IMG/VR virus record: IMGVR_UViG_3300045988_168162 | Span: 32,001 to 96,000 of that record | Length of the DNA stretch: 64,000 bases | Strand: one strand, 5' to 3' | Source: a virus | Part shown: positions 42,485 to 52,384 of the stretch, in pieces | Layout of the letters: the number at the start of each line of letters is the position of its first letter | How positions within the stretch are numbered: position 1 is the first letter of the stretch | Notes under the pieces: generated by a model | What the model was told of the DNA's origin: nothing | Databases searched by the model: none | The model's input: the letters and a program-made list of their open reading frames with translations, nothing else | Made by a program: the position numbers and the translations under genes

Positions 42485-43298
42485 TGATGCCCTTGGTACT
42501 CGTATGAAAGAGTATTACGAGGCCGTTCCCAAAACTAAACTTATGCGACGTATGCCGGTAGCATTGAGAATCGACGGCAAGGCATTCCACACATTTACTC
42601 GTGGCTTTCAAAAACCTTTTGATATGATCCTGATGAAATCTATGTGGGACACCATGCGGTATCTTTGCCGGAATATCCAAGGCTGCGTGTTTGGCTATAC
42701 ACAGTCCGATGAAATCACGCTGATCCTGATTGACTACTAAACGCTTGCCACGGATGCTTGGTTCGATTACGAAGTCCAGAAGCTATGTAGCGTGTCCGCC
42801 AGCATGGCTACCATGGCATTTAATAATTTCTTTTCTGTTTGTGTTGACGATTATGGCAAAGCCAATATTGAAGACTGGTATCTTGGCGGCACAAATCGTG
42901 AGCTATCTGACAATGAACGCTCCGCTTTGAAGTACATAGAATCTTATACCAAATCATTGGCAGACGGCGCTATGTTTGATGCTCGTTGCTTCAATATCCC
43001 AAAAGAAGAAGTCTGCAATCTGATTTACTGGCGTCAGCTTGATGCGACACGCAATTCCATCCAGATGGTGGGACAAGCATATTTCTCACACAAACAGCTG
43101 GAGGGGAAGAAATGCAGTGATATTCAGGACATGCTTATGGAGCAATACAAAATCAATTGGGATAAATATACTACGCCATGTAAGCGCGGCACGGCCTGTA
43201 TTTATAAGGATGGCAAATGGGTCATCGACGCTGATATGCCTGTTCTGAAAGGTGAAGACCGCAAGTATGTTGACCAATACATTTTCGTAGGTGAGTAA
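42474..43298 (+). pseudogene. Thg1-like 3'-5' nucleotidyltransferase (tRNA-His guanylyltransferase family), interrupted by one in-frame TAA at 42738-42740
   Basis: GTRMKEYYE..LRIDGKAFHTFTRGF..KPFD..YTQSDEITLILIDY * TLATDAWFDYEVQKLCSVSASMATMAFNNFF. Both ORF-track pieces are in the same frame, and 42741-42791 is open. Confidence 0.65.
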
Positions 43299-43300
43299 CG

Positions 43301-43588
43301 ATGACGGAACGTGTACGATTGCGGTTAAAATCGCTGAGCAAAGACCAACTTGTCAAACTGGTGGAGGATTATAAATACGCATTAGATATCATTGGAGAGA
43401 TTTGCGTTGATGAGTCTAAGGGCGCAGACGCGCATAGTCTCTTTACTGATATTCGTTTGCTCCTTAGAGAGTTTGATAGTTATGATTTGAACAGCGACAA
43501 CCTTGTTGCAGAGATTGATTTAAGCATGGGAAAAATAACACCAGAGAAATTCAGAAGTGTTGTCTTAGGAGATGATAACGATGAGTGA
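43301..43588 (+). CDS. Hypothetical protein (95 aa)
   Basis: ORF track. Confidence 0.55.
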   Translation: MTERVRLRLKSLSKDQLVKLVEDYKYALDIIGEICVDESKGADAHSLFTDIRLLLREFDSYDLNSDNLVAEIDLSMGKITPEKFRSVVLGDDNDE

Positions 43589-44072
43589 ACATTTACTATC
43601 CTATAACGAGCGCCAGAACTGCAAGCTGGCTATGGCATGGTATGAGCGTATAGACGAAACCGTTCACAGCACGCGGCCTGTTGGCGAAACCAACTATGAC
43701 GAAGAATGCCTGAACTCTGTAAATTTCTATTGGCAGATGGCAGATGTGATGCTGCAGGAGCTGATGTTCGCGGCTGAGGATGCCAAGAAACTTGACCCGC
43801 ATTTGCAGATGTACAGTGTACGTAAGGTACATGACGAATGTGTAGAGGACCTAAAGGCGCTCCGGGCAGAGATTGATGATTGGCTGGATGAAAATACTGA
43901 GTCTGTGCCGCAGCAAACCATCAAAGAATTACTTGCCAAATATACACCAGAAGAATTACAACAAATTTTGAGAGAGGAGTTAGCCACTGTTGGAGTCGAT
44001 CCAGATGATGCAAATGCAGTACAAGAAATACTGCAACCAATTAACTGGAACGCCGCATCGGTAACATCATAA
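43581..44072 (+). CDS. Hypothetical protein (163 aa)
   Basis: ATG 43581 lies downstream of AGGAG. Confidence 0.55.
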   Translation: MSEHLLSYNERQNCKLAMAWYERIDETVHSTRPVGETNYDEECLNSVNFYWQMADVMLQELMFAAEDAKKLDPHLQMYSVRKVHDECVEDLKALRAEIDDWLDENTESVPQQTIKELLAKYTPEELQQILREELATVGVDPDDANAVQEILQPINWNAASVTS

Positions 44073-44077
44073 AAATC

Positions 44078-44974
44078 ATGGAATATATTGAACGCAAAGA
44101 TTACAACAAGGTTATCACCATAAAGCTGGTCATTCCTGGCGGCTGTAATTGTAAATGTCCTTTTTGCTATATGAAGGACTATGATGCGGTTATGGCGAAT
44201 GATTTTCAGGAATTCCATAAACATTATCTTAAATCTCTTATTGACCTCATAGAAAAAATTGGTGACAAAAACCCTATCTCGCTTGATATTACGGGGAATG
44301 AACCAACGCTGAATTTGACGCAGTTTATCACGATTCTTAGAGAGTTGGATGAGGCAGATATAAAAAGCAAAGTGCAGCGAGTTACACTGACGACGAATGG
44401 GTTTAATCTGATGAAAGTGGCCCCTTACCTTAAAGGCGTTGTGGATTATGTGAATATTTCTGTACATGATTATGATTTTGACAGGCGTCAGAGAATCATG
44501 GGGGCGAATACTTTTACGCGAGAGCAGTATTACAGTATGACGCACACGCTCAAGCAGTTGGGTATTACCACTTCTGCTTCGGCCGTGATCTATAAACCGG
44601 TTCCTGATTTTAAAAAGTGGTTTGACGAGTTTGTAAGCTGGTGTGAAGATGCTGGTTTTATTGCACTGAGACTGCGCTGCGATGTGTTTTGGCCGCAAAA
44701 AGAATTGTTTGATGACTACATGCAGCTGGCCATGGACGATAAGGAGTATACCGTTCTTACACATGAGCGTACCTTGGACTCACATTGGTGCCGGTTGCGG
44801 AAGAACGATAAATTCAGAGTCTTCTTTTTGCATGGTGTGCGTGATACATCTATTCTGACAAAGGGGATTGAATATGTAATAGATGAAGATGGCATTGCTT
44901 ACTGCGATTTTTATAAGCGGACAAAAGTCAGTGACTACAAATATGAGATTGGTAAAATCTATGATGCCATTTAA
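44078..44974 (+). CDS. Radical SAM enzyme (MoaA/viperin-like core)
   Basis: IPGGCNCKCPFCY (CxxxCxxC), ITGNEPTL, LTTNGFNL. Confidence 0.65.
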   Translation: MEYIERKDYNKVITIKLVIPGGCNCKCPFCYMKDYDAVMANDFQEFHKHYLKSLIDLIEKIGDKNPISLDITGNEPTLNLTQFITILRELDEADIKSKVQRVTLTTNGFNLMKVAPYLKGVVDYVNISVHDYDFDRRQRIMGANTFTREQYYSMTHTLKQLGITTSASAVIYKPVPDFKKWFDEFVSWCEDAGFIALRLRCDVFWPQKELFDDYMQLAMDDKEYTVLTHERTLDSHWCRLRKNDKFRVFFLHGVRDTSILTKGIEYVIDEDGIAYCDFYKRTKVSDYKYEIGKIYDAI

Positions 44975-44997
44975 CCACGTGGAGGTGGATATGACCT

Positions 44998-45258
44998 ATG
45001 CAAGATAACATATACATTGAACAGTTTGAACCACATGCAGCGGAGATTGCACATAAAACGCATAACAAAATGAAAGCTAAAGAACTGGATTATATATTCG
45101 AGGGTCTTATAGCATCTTTGTGCGAGAATAGGAATCCGGTTGTAAAGCCAGTTACGGTTCATACAAATGCACGTTATGTGTGGTGCGATGACCACTGGGA
45201 GAAAGTAGGGGAGATAGATGGGTTATTCAACTTTTCCGGGTGTTCAAACAATCAATAA
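44998..45258 (+). CDS. Hypothetical protein (86 aa)
   Basis: ORF track. Could alternatively lie inside the IS left end. Confidence 0.4.
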   Translation: MQDNIYIEQFEPHAAEIAHKTHNKMKAKELDYIFEGLIASLCENRNPVVKPVTVHTNARYVWCDDHWEKVGEIDGLFNFSGCSNNQ

Positions 45259-45289
45259 GTGCAAAAATCCTTAAAGGAGGAGAACTACT

Positions 45290-46399
45290 TTGAAGGTATA
45301 TAAAGGCTACAAGTTCAAACTTGAGCCTACAGAGGAGCAGAAAATCAAAATCAACAAAACGCTCGGCTGCTGCCGCTTTGTGTATAACTCCATGTTGGAT
45401 AGGCGCATAAAAGTCTATACACGGCGCGGTGAGAGTATAAGCTATATTGATACGCAGAATCTACTTCCTAAGATGAAGCAGTATCTACCTTGGCTTGCCG
45501 AAGTGGACAGTCAAGCGCTCAAATATAGCTGTCGTCAATTAGACGACGCTTATAAAGGGTTCTTTAAAAGTAGAAGAGGCTTTCCAAACTTCAAACGTAA
45601 AAGGGGAGAGGAAAGCTACACAACTACCAGCGCAAAGAATATTAAGATTGATGATAAATACATTCAGCTCCCAACGCTCGGAAAAGTGCGCTATCGCAAG
45701 AGCCGCAACATCGAAGGAAAGATTTGCAAGGCAACAATTCGTCGTTCCGCAAGTGGTAAATACTATGTAAGCATTCTTTGCAAAGTAGAAGTAACACCAC
45801 TTCTTGTTAAAGATACCGTCATCGGTTTAGATGTAGGCATCAAATCTTTTGCTGTTGACAGCAATGGTAACGAGCACCCAAATCATAAATATCTTCAAAA
45901 AGCGGAAGCCAAACTAAAGCGTGAACAGAAAAAGCTGTCACGTAAAAAGAAAGGCTCTGCCAACTGGGAAAAGCAGCGCATCAAGGTAGCTCGCTGCTAT
46001 GAAAAAGTTACCAATAAACGAAAAGATACATTGCACAAGTTGTCATCTACACTAGTGAAAGAAAATCAAATCATTTGTGTAGAAGACCTTAACGTTAAGG
46101 GTATGGTTCGTAATCACAACCTCGCAAAGAGTATTTCCGATGCTGCTTGGGGAGAGTTCTTCCGCCAACTTGAATATAAGGCTAATTGGGCAGGAAGAGT
46201 TATCGTTAAAGTGCCGACCTATTATCCAAGCAGCCAGACTTGCTCTTGCTGTGGATATCAAAACAAAGAAGTCAAAAACCTCAATGTGCGGCATTGGGTC
46301 TGCCCTCAATGTGGTATATCGCACGACAGAGATAAAAATGCTGCAGAAAACATTCTGAAAAAAGGAATGGACATGCTGGCTATGTTAGCTGCCTCATAA
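45290..46399 (+). CDS. tnpB: TnpB RNA-guided nuclease
   Basis: [20 protein letters not shown], RuvC D ([13 protein letters not shown]), E ([11 protein letters not shown]), Zn finger CSCCG..CPQCG, D ([11 protein letters not shown]). TTG start follows AAAGGAGG. Confidence 0.9.
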   Translation: MKVYKGYKFKLEPTEEQKIKINKTLGCCRFVYNSMLDRRIKVYTRRGESISYIDTQNLLPKMKQYLPWLAEVDSQALKYSCRQLDDAYKGFFKSRRGFPNFKRKRGEESYTTTSAKNIKIDDKYIQLPTLGKVRYRKSRNIEGKICKATIRRSASGKYYVSILCKVEVTPLLVKDTVIGLDVGIKSFAVDSNGNEHPNHKYLQKAEAKLKREQKKLSRKKKGSANWEKQRIKVARCYEKVTNKRKDTLHKLSSTLVKENQIICVEDLNVKGMVRNHNLAKSISDAAWGEFFRQLEYKANWAGRVIVKVPTYYPSSQTCSCCGYQNKEVKNLNVRHWVCPQCGISHDRDKNAAENILKKGMDMLAMLAAS

Positions 46400-46548
46400 C
46401 TACAGGCGAACAGTACGGTCAGGACGACCGAATCTTAAAGTCTGCGGAGAGTGAGCCTCTATCAATGGCTGCGGCCTGCGGTAAGTTTGCTCTGTGAAGC
46501 AGAAATCCATACTTTTTTGCGGGAACGCCCGCAAAAAGTTGGAAGTCC
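46270..46548 (+). ncRNA. Candidate TnpB omega RNA (reRNA) scaffold; a guide would start near 46549
   Basis: Overlaps the tnpB 3' end. Ends with GTGAAGCAGAAATCC and the hairpin TTTTTGCGGG-AACG-CCCGCAAAAA, then GTTGGAAGT, as in IS605-family right ends. Confidence 0.5.
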
Positions 46549-46721
46549 GATGTCACCTGATATTGTATTGGGCTGACTGAAATGTGCCGGTTATGGACTT
46601 GGGTTAATTATTTGTATCGAGAGGACGAAACGGATAATTGTCCCACTGTTACTGTCTCGAAGATTAGTATTGCTCCAGACGGAACGATGTCACAAACTTT
46701 TGAAGTTAATGGGGGATCTGT

Positions 46722-46991
46722 ATGACAAGAAAACGATATGTAAAACTGATGATGGCCAGTGGTTGGGATAGAAATACGGCAAATTATATTGGCATTGATC
46801 CATCCAAGTGCCATCCATGTGTTCCACAGGAGCGGAGACTAATTGCCTGGGCTTATAGAGGAAGTTTCCCGTTTAAGAGTTACAAACAAGCTTGGGAAAA
46901 CGACAAAATGCTTGTAGCAATACAGCGAATGTACGATGGCTTGCCGCCGCTAAAAGCTGGCCGTGAAAAGGAGAATGTTGATGAATACTAA
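46722..46991 (+). CDS. Hypothetical protein (89 aa)
   Basis: ORF track. Confidence 0.5.
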   Translation: MTRKRYVKLMMASGWDRNTANYIGIDPSKCHPCVPQERRLIAWAYRGSFPFKSYKQAWENDKMLVAIQRMYDGLPPLKAGREKENVDEY

Positions 46992-47358
46992 AAATGATTT
47001 GATCCTGCGTGGAGATGCGATTGCCGCGCTTGGTGATGCGCCTATGAACTGGACGGATACGCCTGAAGAGATACAGGCTGTGAATGATTGGCAGGCTGCG
47101 ATTGAGGCGCTGGCTTCTATCCCTTGTACGAGTTTCCGGCTATGGGAATTGACCGAGCTGGATATTTGCGAACTGCATGGTGATATTGTTATTGTATCTG
47201 CGCCGGACATCCCGGAACTGAACAATAAAATGGTGCCGTGCCTTGGCAGCCATAAGGACCCGGATGGCCATAAATATGTTGTACTGGATGGGGAAGAATA
47301 CAGTCAGGATTTGATTGCCGGCGGGTTCATTAAGCTATACCGTATGGCCGGAGTGTGA
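46981..47358 (+). CDS. Hypothetical protein (125 aa)
   Basis: ATG 46981 follows AAAGGAG. Confidence 0.55.
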   Translation: MNTKNDLILRGDAIAALGDAPMNWTDTPEEIQAVNDWQAAIEALASIPCTSFRLWELTELDICELHGDIVIVSAPDIPELNNKMVPCLGSHKDPDGHKYVVLDGEEYSQDLIAGGFIKLYRMAGV

Positions 47359-48229
47359 TGGATTGTATTTAGAGAAAAAATATTTCGAGATACATAGGAT
47401 CATTGTGCCACAAGATTTGATTATAAATCCAGTCAATAAAATCGCGCTGCCTGTTTATTTGACCATGTACATAATGGATAACTCTACTGTAAATGACTGT
47501 TATAATTTACCTGTTACATTAAAAAATATATGTGACAGAATAAGAATTTATAAGAATATACAACTGCGGGAAGTACATTATACTGCCGTGGCAGACGCGA
47601 TTCAGTGGCTAATTGATAGAGAGTACATAGTGGTTGATAAATTTGATAGAAAATCTACCGCAAAGTTCTTTTACAAATTTACTGACGACTTGAAGAATGC
47701 CATTAAAAAAGGTGCAGACGGTAAAAAACAGCAGTTTTTATATGTGAGCATTAAAGAGATAAATAAGTTGTTTTCAGCAATATACTCCAATAATAAAAAT
47801 TGGAAATTTTCTACTGATGCACTTATTGTTTATATGTATTTAAAACTTAAAGAAACATCTTGGCAGTATACACAGAGACGTAAACCATTACCAGTATGGG
47901 TTGGCTATTTGGGAAACATGTATGATGTGCTAAATATTTCTTCAAGAAAAGTATCTCTTATTATAACATGGTTAAAATCAGAAAAAATTATACTACCTAT
48001 TTATGGTGCGAAAGAGAAAAGCAGCGGGAATAGGGCAAAAACCATTATTGTTTTTTTGTCGTGCTGCAATGAATGCGACATACGTAAAATTGTCGCGTCT
48101 GCAGAAACGCAGATAAAAGAAAAGGATAAAAATGCGTGTTGGTATCCGGTTGACATTGCCGAAGCAGATGTTGATGTACTTGATGAAACTGCGCTTGATG
48201 TGGTTTGCGACGAGGACGAACTTTACTAA
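47315..48229 (+). CDS. Hypothetical protein (about 300 aa; start uncertain, TTG in the ORF track)
   Basis: ORF track. AT-rich, with winged-helix-like character only. Confidence 0.5.
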   Translation: MPAGSLSYTVWPECDGLYLEKKYFEIHRIIVPQDLIINPVNKIALPVYLTMYIMDNSTVNDCYNLPVTLKNICDRIRIYKNIQLREVHYTAVADAIQWLIDREYIVVDKFDRKSTAKFFYKFTDDLKNAIKKGADGKKQQFLYVSIKEINKLFSAIYSNNKNWKFSTDALIVYMYLKLKETSWQYTQRRKPLPVWVGYLGNMYDVLNISSRKVSLIITWLKSEKIILPIYGAKEKSSGNRAKTIIVFLSCCNECDIRKIVASAETQIKEKDKNACWYPVDIAEADVDVLDETALDVVCDEDELY

Positions 48230-48354
48230 GAACTAACGCCCAACAGGGCGAAAATATAAATAGACTGGCCCCGATGGGGCAAGGGGGGGGTGATTTTATC
48301 GGAAATGCAGGAGTCTGGCTTTGAAATCTATGAACAGGGCATAATGGCCCCTGC

Positions 48355-48669
48355 ATGGATTGGCAAAATGTCAGACAGGGAGGTCATTATTTGGAAAAGA
48401 AAAAAATTGAAAATCTGTACTGCTTGATTGAAGCACTGTACGATGTGAAGGATGCCTTTAAGGCAATTGTATTTTTGACTTGCGCTGTATTTATCATTTG
48501 GTATTCCTCGGTAATTGTGAGCCGGGCATTCGCTATTGCTTTGTTTGTGGTATTGCCGCTGCTGATTGGCGTGCTGTGGTTCTGTATCTACAAAGAGGCT
48601 TTTGCGGATGGCGCTCTTTCTATTGAAGAGATTGAGAAAAAAGACGAGGATAACAAGGAGGGACGCTGA
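48355..48669 (+). CDS. Membrane protein (104 aa)
   Basis: Two TM segments; its stop overlaps the next ATG. Confidence 0.5.
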   Translation: MDWQNVRQGGHYLEKKKIENLYCLIEALYDVKDAFKAIVFLTCAVFIIWYSSVIVSRAFAIALFVVLPLLIGVLWFCIYKEAFADGALSIEEIEKKDEDNKEGR

Positions 48670-51245
48670 TGTTTGCACCTCCACTGTACATTGTACGGAA
48701 ATTCCCGCTATCTTTTATTATCAGCAATGACTTTAATATCCAGCTTGATGAGGATGAAGAAAAGCGGTTCCAGGTTAAGCAGCAGGACAATATGCTATTT
48801 AGGCAGATCCGGCTGATGACGTATGAAACGGACAAGTATAACCGGTTTGTAGTGTTCGTAAATTGCGTTGGCGGGCAGAACAAAAAGCCTGCCATGAAGC
48901 GGCTGATCCAGCACGGGTTCAAGATTGGCAAACAGGAATTTGTGCTGAGTGAGCGAAGTGCGAGCATGGTGCGCCAGGGAATTTTGAGCTTTGTAGATAA
49001 GCGGCTGGCTAAGGAACTGGATAAACGGATCACGATGGGAATCGAGATTGATAAGACTGTATTGCAGAAGCTATATGCTTACCGTGGGCTTATGTACTCC
49101 AGTTGCCACTGTATCGAAGGATGGCTGCCCAATATTGTAATTGTCCCTGATTGCTTTTTAACTATTAAAAATCAGCACATCAATTATGTGTATGACAAGA
49201 AGATACAATTCAAGGATAAAAATACTGGCAAAGACCGTGAATGGGAACAGAAAGATATTGCCGAGACCACCAAAGATATTGAGATAAATGCTTTTGATGG
49301 TTGTGGGATTGCACATCCTAAAATCATGGAAGAGATCCGCCGCCGGATTGGCAGCGATGAGCCGATAACTAGCTTTATAGCACGTGCGCCGTATCTAAAA
49401 GGTATGATTCACCAGTTTGATTATGAGAGTTTTTTCGCAGAACGCGGCGTGCGGTTTATTACAGATATTTGGGGCGTACAGCATGACGTAAGCCCTGGGT
49501 CTGAGCCAAAGATGTTCTGCCTGGAATCTATGTATAAAGGGTTGAAATACTTTAAGAAGACCGGAACTATAGCAGACTGGGAAGAATACTGGTATCAATT
49601 TAAAAAGTACAACCATTGTATTGGTGTGGCAAAGTGGAACTTCTCGGCAGAGCTGGAACCAATGTATACCCGCGGCAATTACCAAATCTTGCAGGATCTT
49701 GATTTGCCGTTTGAAAAGTTCAAATCATTAACCGATTATACGATTGACTGGTTTGAACGGATCACTGACGGAGACCCGGTATATACCTACTGCTTTTTGG
49801 GTATGCAGGCTGACCGCCATAAAGCGTTGAATGATTATTGTGCTGCTATCCTTAAAAATCCAGAAATGATGAATGAGGATGGAGTACGAAATTACATAGT
49901 AAATCTATTAAGCAAATATCGTGATGATATGAAGTGCGGCAAAGTTTGGCTGCATGGATCGTTCTGTTTTTTGGTGCCTGACCTGATTATGCTGGCCGAG
50001 CATATTGGTGGGTTGCCATTACAAGGGGCGCTGCAGGCGGATGAATTTTATCGATTCAATCGAGAGGGCACGTTGCTTGGAGAACATTTGATTGAACGAA
50101 ACCCACATATTTGTAAAAGCGAACATGTTATCTTAAAAGGTGTAACGAACGAGGTACTGGAAAAATATTGCGGTCACCTGGTAAATACCTGCATGGTAAA
50201 TTGCCGGTCAATTGTGCCGCAGAGATTGAATGGCGCGGATTACGATGGAGATTTAGTCCTCGTATTGGATAACAAAACTATGATGGAAGGAGTTGACAGA
50301 AACGCAGCAATAACACTGGATATTGACGATAAGGTTTGCGCCCTTGTAGAAGCTGATACGGTACAGAACAAAACAGAGTGTATTATCCGCGGATTAAAAT
50401 CCCGTATTGGTGAAATCTCTAATTTTGCAAGTTCGTACCATAATAAATGCCCCAGGACAGAAGAACAACGGCAGCGGTACAATACATTCATAAATCTTTT
50501 GAGTGTCAGTAACGGAAAAGAAATTGACGCTGCAAAGACGGGTGTACATTTTAAGATACCGCGCAACATTGAAAAGTATGGCCGCCCATTGCCGTACTTT
50601 ATGAAATACGCAAGCCCCTACTACAAGCGCATGAAGAATCTATCTGCAGCGCACAGTAATATGAACCAGTTGTGCTGGTTTATCGAACGCTGGGAGAACA
50701 CGATACGCCGCCGCAGAACAAAGAAATTTGACTGGTCCATTATGTTTGATGCGGACGTAGGATACACACAGGAGCATTTCCAAGAGATTGAAGCTATCTA
50801 TCTTGAATTTTGTAAGCTATGCAAAGACTTGGCAGAGTTTGAGCGACAGTGCAAGAATTATGATAGATACCGCGAGATCCTGGCAGAGCAGGGTGTGTCC
50901 CGTGAACAGGCGCGAGAATTTGAAACGAACTGGCAATATTATTACAGCGTATACCGCAATAGATGCCAGCTTCTCGTGCCGGATCAGCATGAACTTGCCA
51001 ATATCTGTGTTGAACTTTGCTACGGCAAATACCCAAGCCGGAACAAAAAGTTTATGTGGATGATGGCGGGGAAGGGCATTGTAGAAAATATTAAACAGGT
51101 AAATATCTGCTTGCCATTGCAGTGCGATGATGGTGAGTATGAATACCTTGGCAAACGATACACACTGGCACCAATGGAGAATGATATCCAGGTAGAATAT
51201 GTTGATGCTGAACTTATTCCCGGAGGTGATGCGGATGTATTATGA
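48669..51245 (+). CDS. YonO / cellular-RdRP-like double-psi beta-barrel RNA polymerase (858 aa)
   Basis: NGADYDGDLVLVLDN (DxDGD metal motif as in QDE-1/RDR and multisubunit beta-prime), preceded by GEHLIERNPHICKSEHVILKGV (RNP..h.gd pattern of RdRPs). Size is close to that of YonO. Confidence 0.65.
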   Translation: MFAPPLYIVRKFPLSFIISNDFNIQLDEDEEKRFQVKQQDNMLFRQIRLMTYETDKYNRFVVFVNCVGGQNKKPAMKRLIQHGFKIGKQEFVLSERSASMVRQGILSFVDKRLAKELDKRITMGIEIDKTVLQKLYAYRGLMYSSCHCIEGWLPNIVIVPDCFLTIKNQHINYVYDKKIQFKDKNTGKDREWEQKDIAETTKDIEINAFDGCGIAHPKIMEEIRRRIGSDEPITSFIARAPYLKGMIHQFDYESFFAERGVRFITDIWGVQHDVSPGSEPKMFCLESMYKGLKYFKKTGTIADWEEYWYQFKKYNHCIGVAKWNFSAELEPMYTRGNYQILQDLDLPFEKFKSLTDYTIDWFERITDGDPVYTYCFLGMQADRHKALNDYCAAILKNPEMMNEDGVRNYIVNLLSKYRDDMKCGKVWLHGSFCFLVPDLIMLAEHIGGLPLQGALQADEFYRFNREGTLLGEHLIERNPHICKSEHVILKGVTNEVLEKYCGHLVNTCMVNCRSIVPQRLNGADYDGDLVLVLDNKTMMEGVDRNAAITLDIDDKVCALVEADTVQNKTECIIRGLKSRIGEISNFASSYHNKCPRTEEQRQRYNTFINLLSVSNGKEIDAAKTGVHFKIPRNIEKYGRPLPYFMKYASPYYKRMKNLSAAHSNMNQLCWFIERWENTIRRRRTKKFDWSIMFDADVGYTQEHFQEIEAIYLEFCKLCKDLAEFERQCKNYDRYREILAEQGVSREQAREFETNWQYYYSVYRNRCQLLVPDQHELANICVELCYGKYPSRNKKFMWMMAGKGIVENIKQVNICLPLQCDDGEYEYLGKRYTLAPMENDIQVEYVDAELIPGGDADVL

Positions 51246-52053
51246 TTTTTTCTGCAATGAGAAGATGTTACTTGATCATTATGAGGATTATCATATGGGA
51301 AACCGGACTTTAAACCGGCTATTGGCCCAGAGTGGTATGCCACCGGATGTTTGTGCAGATACCTATCTGGCTAAAATGGACAACCATAAAGGGCTTACCT
51401 ATGACAGATACGATCTGATACTTGATTATGAAAAAAGATGTACGAAAACCAGCAGACTTTTAGAAATTGATAAAATACAGATTTATAAGCAGGATATTGA
51501 GTTTATTAAGGATTGCGCCAGAAAATACCCGCTAAAGCAGCGTGAGCTGCTTGTGTTGTTTGGCGTGATAGTGATGTGCCGGATCTGGCAGACCGACACG
51601 TTAGATCTGACAACAGAATTTAACTTAAAGCAATTTTGTAGTTGCTTTAATGGAAAAATCTGGAAAGTGCGGATCAAAACAGACAAATGGTATGATACAT
51701 ACCACGAGCCTGAAAATATGAAGAATCTATATAGTAAGTATAATATTTTACTACGGACACCGTGTGAACCAGGCCCCAAGAAAATTGGCTGTTATTATAC
51801 TTACAGTAACTATGAATTGTACGATAGAGAAGTCGTTTATGAATATGTGATAACACCGCGGACCAATCGGCTGAACCTGTGTGAGGTATTTAAAGAGGTA
51901 GGACTTGAAAATATCCACTTTTGCCAGTGCTGTGGGGCGGAATATCACTTGAACAGTAAATCTACAAAATATTGCTCCAAATGTGCCAAAGAAATGCGCC
52001 GCGAGAAAACACGGGTTCGGACACGAAAGTACCGTAGCCATGCGAAAATGTGA
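51235..52053 (+). CDS. Hypothetical protein with C-terminal zinc ribbon and basic tail (272 aa)
   Basis: ATG 51235 follows GGAGGTG. Contains CQCCG..CSKC. Confidence 0.55.
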   Translation: MYYDFFCNEKMLLDHYEDYHMGNRTLNRLLAQSGMPPDVCADTYLAKMDNHKGLTYDRYDLILDYEKRCTKTSRLLEIDKIQIYKQDIEFIKDCARKYPLKQRELLVLFGVIVMCRIWQTDTLDLTTEFNLKQFCSCFNGKIWKVRIKTDKWYDTYHEPENMKNLYSKYNILLRTPCEPGPKKIGCYYTYSNYELYDREVVYEYVITPRTNRLNLCEVFKEVGLENIHFCQCCGAEYHLNSKSTKYCSKCAKEMRREKTRVRTRKYRSHAKM

Positions 52054-52095
52054 CGCTTTCTGAGGAAAGAGTTTTATGTAGGATTGGGTATAGTT

Positions 52096-52128
52096 GCCCG
52101 CTTGGTTTTAAGCCTGGCGGGCTTTTTG
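52096..52128 (+). terminator. Rho-independent terminator
   Basis: GCCCGC-N15-GCGGGC followed by TTTTTG. Confidence 0.7.
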
Positions 52129-52168
52129 TATGCCCGGAATTATATTTTTAAAGGAGACTTGTTTTTTT

Positions 52169-52384
52169 ATGATTACTGTTACTAAGGCTGAGGCCAAGAT
52201 GATCCGCAAGATGTTCCCGAAAGCGCACATGAGCAAGACCGTACACCACATTATGGTGGACGAAGTAAAAGACATTTTGAATGTCCTGCCCAATAATGTT
52301 GACGCGCAGGCTGCCCTTGCGGAGATGGAGCGCGATGAAAAGCGCCGTACTGCCCGCACTTTTGATGGCGAGGTGAGTGCATGA
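52169..52384 (+). CDS. Hypothetical protein (71 aa)
   Basis: ATG 52169 lies downstream of AAAGGAG. Confidence 0.5.
   Translation: MITVTKAEAKMIRKMFPKAHMSKTVHHIMVDEVKDILNVLPNNVDAQAALAEMERDEKRRTARTFDGEVSA

Larger units (their letters stand above)
45260..46548 (+). mobile_element. IS200/IS605-family TnpB-only element (IS1341-like); left boundary uncertain
   Basis: tnpB plus a 3' structured end. No Y1 TnpA is adjacent. Confidence 0.5.

Noticed and set aside
43727-44764. 345-aa minus-strand ORF
   Set aside because: It is antisense to the radical SAM gene (which carries the CxxxCxxC motif) and the gene upstream of it, and it has no SD.
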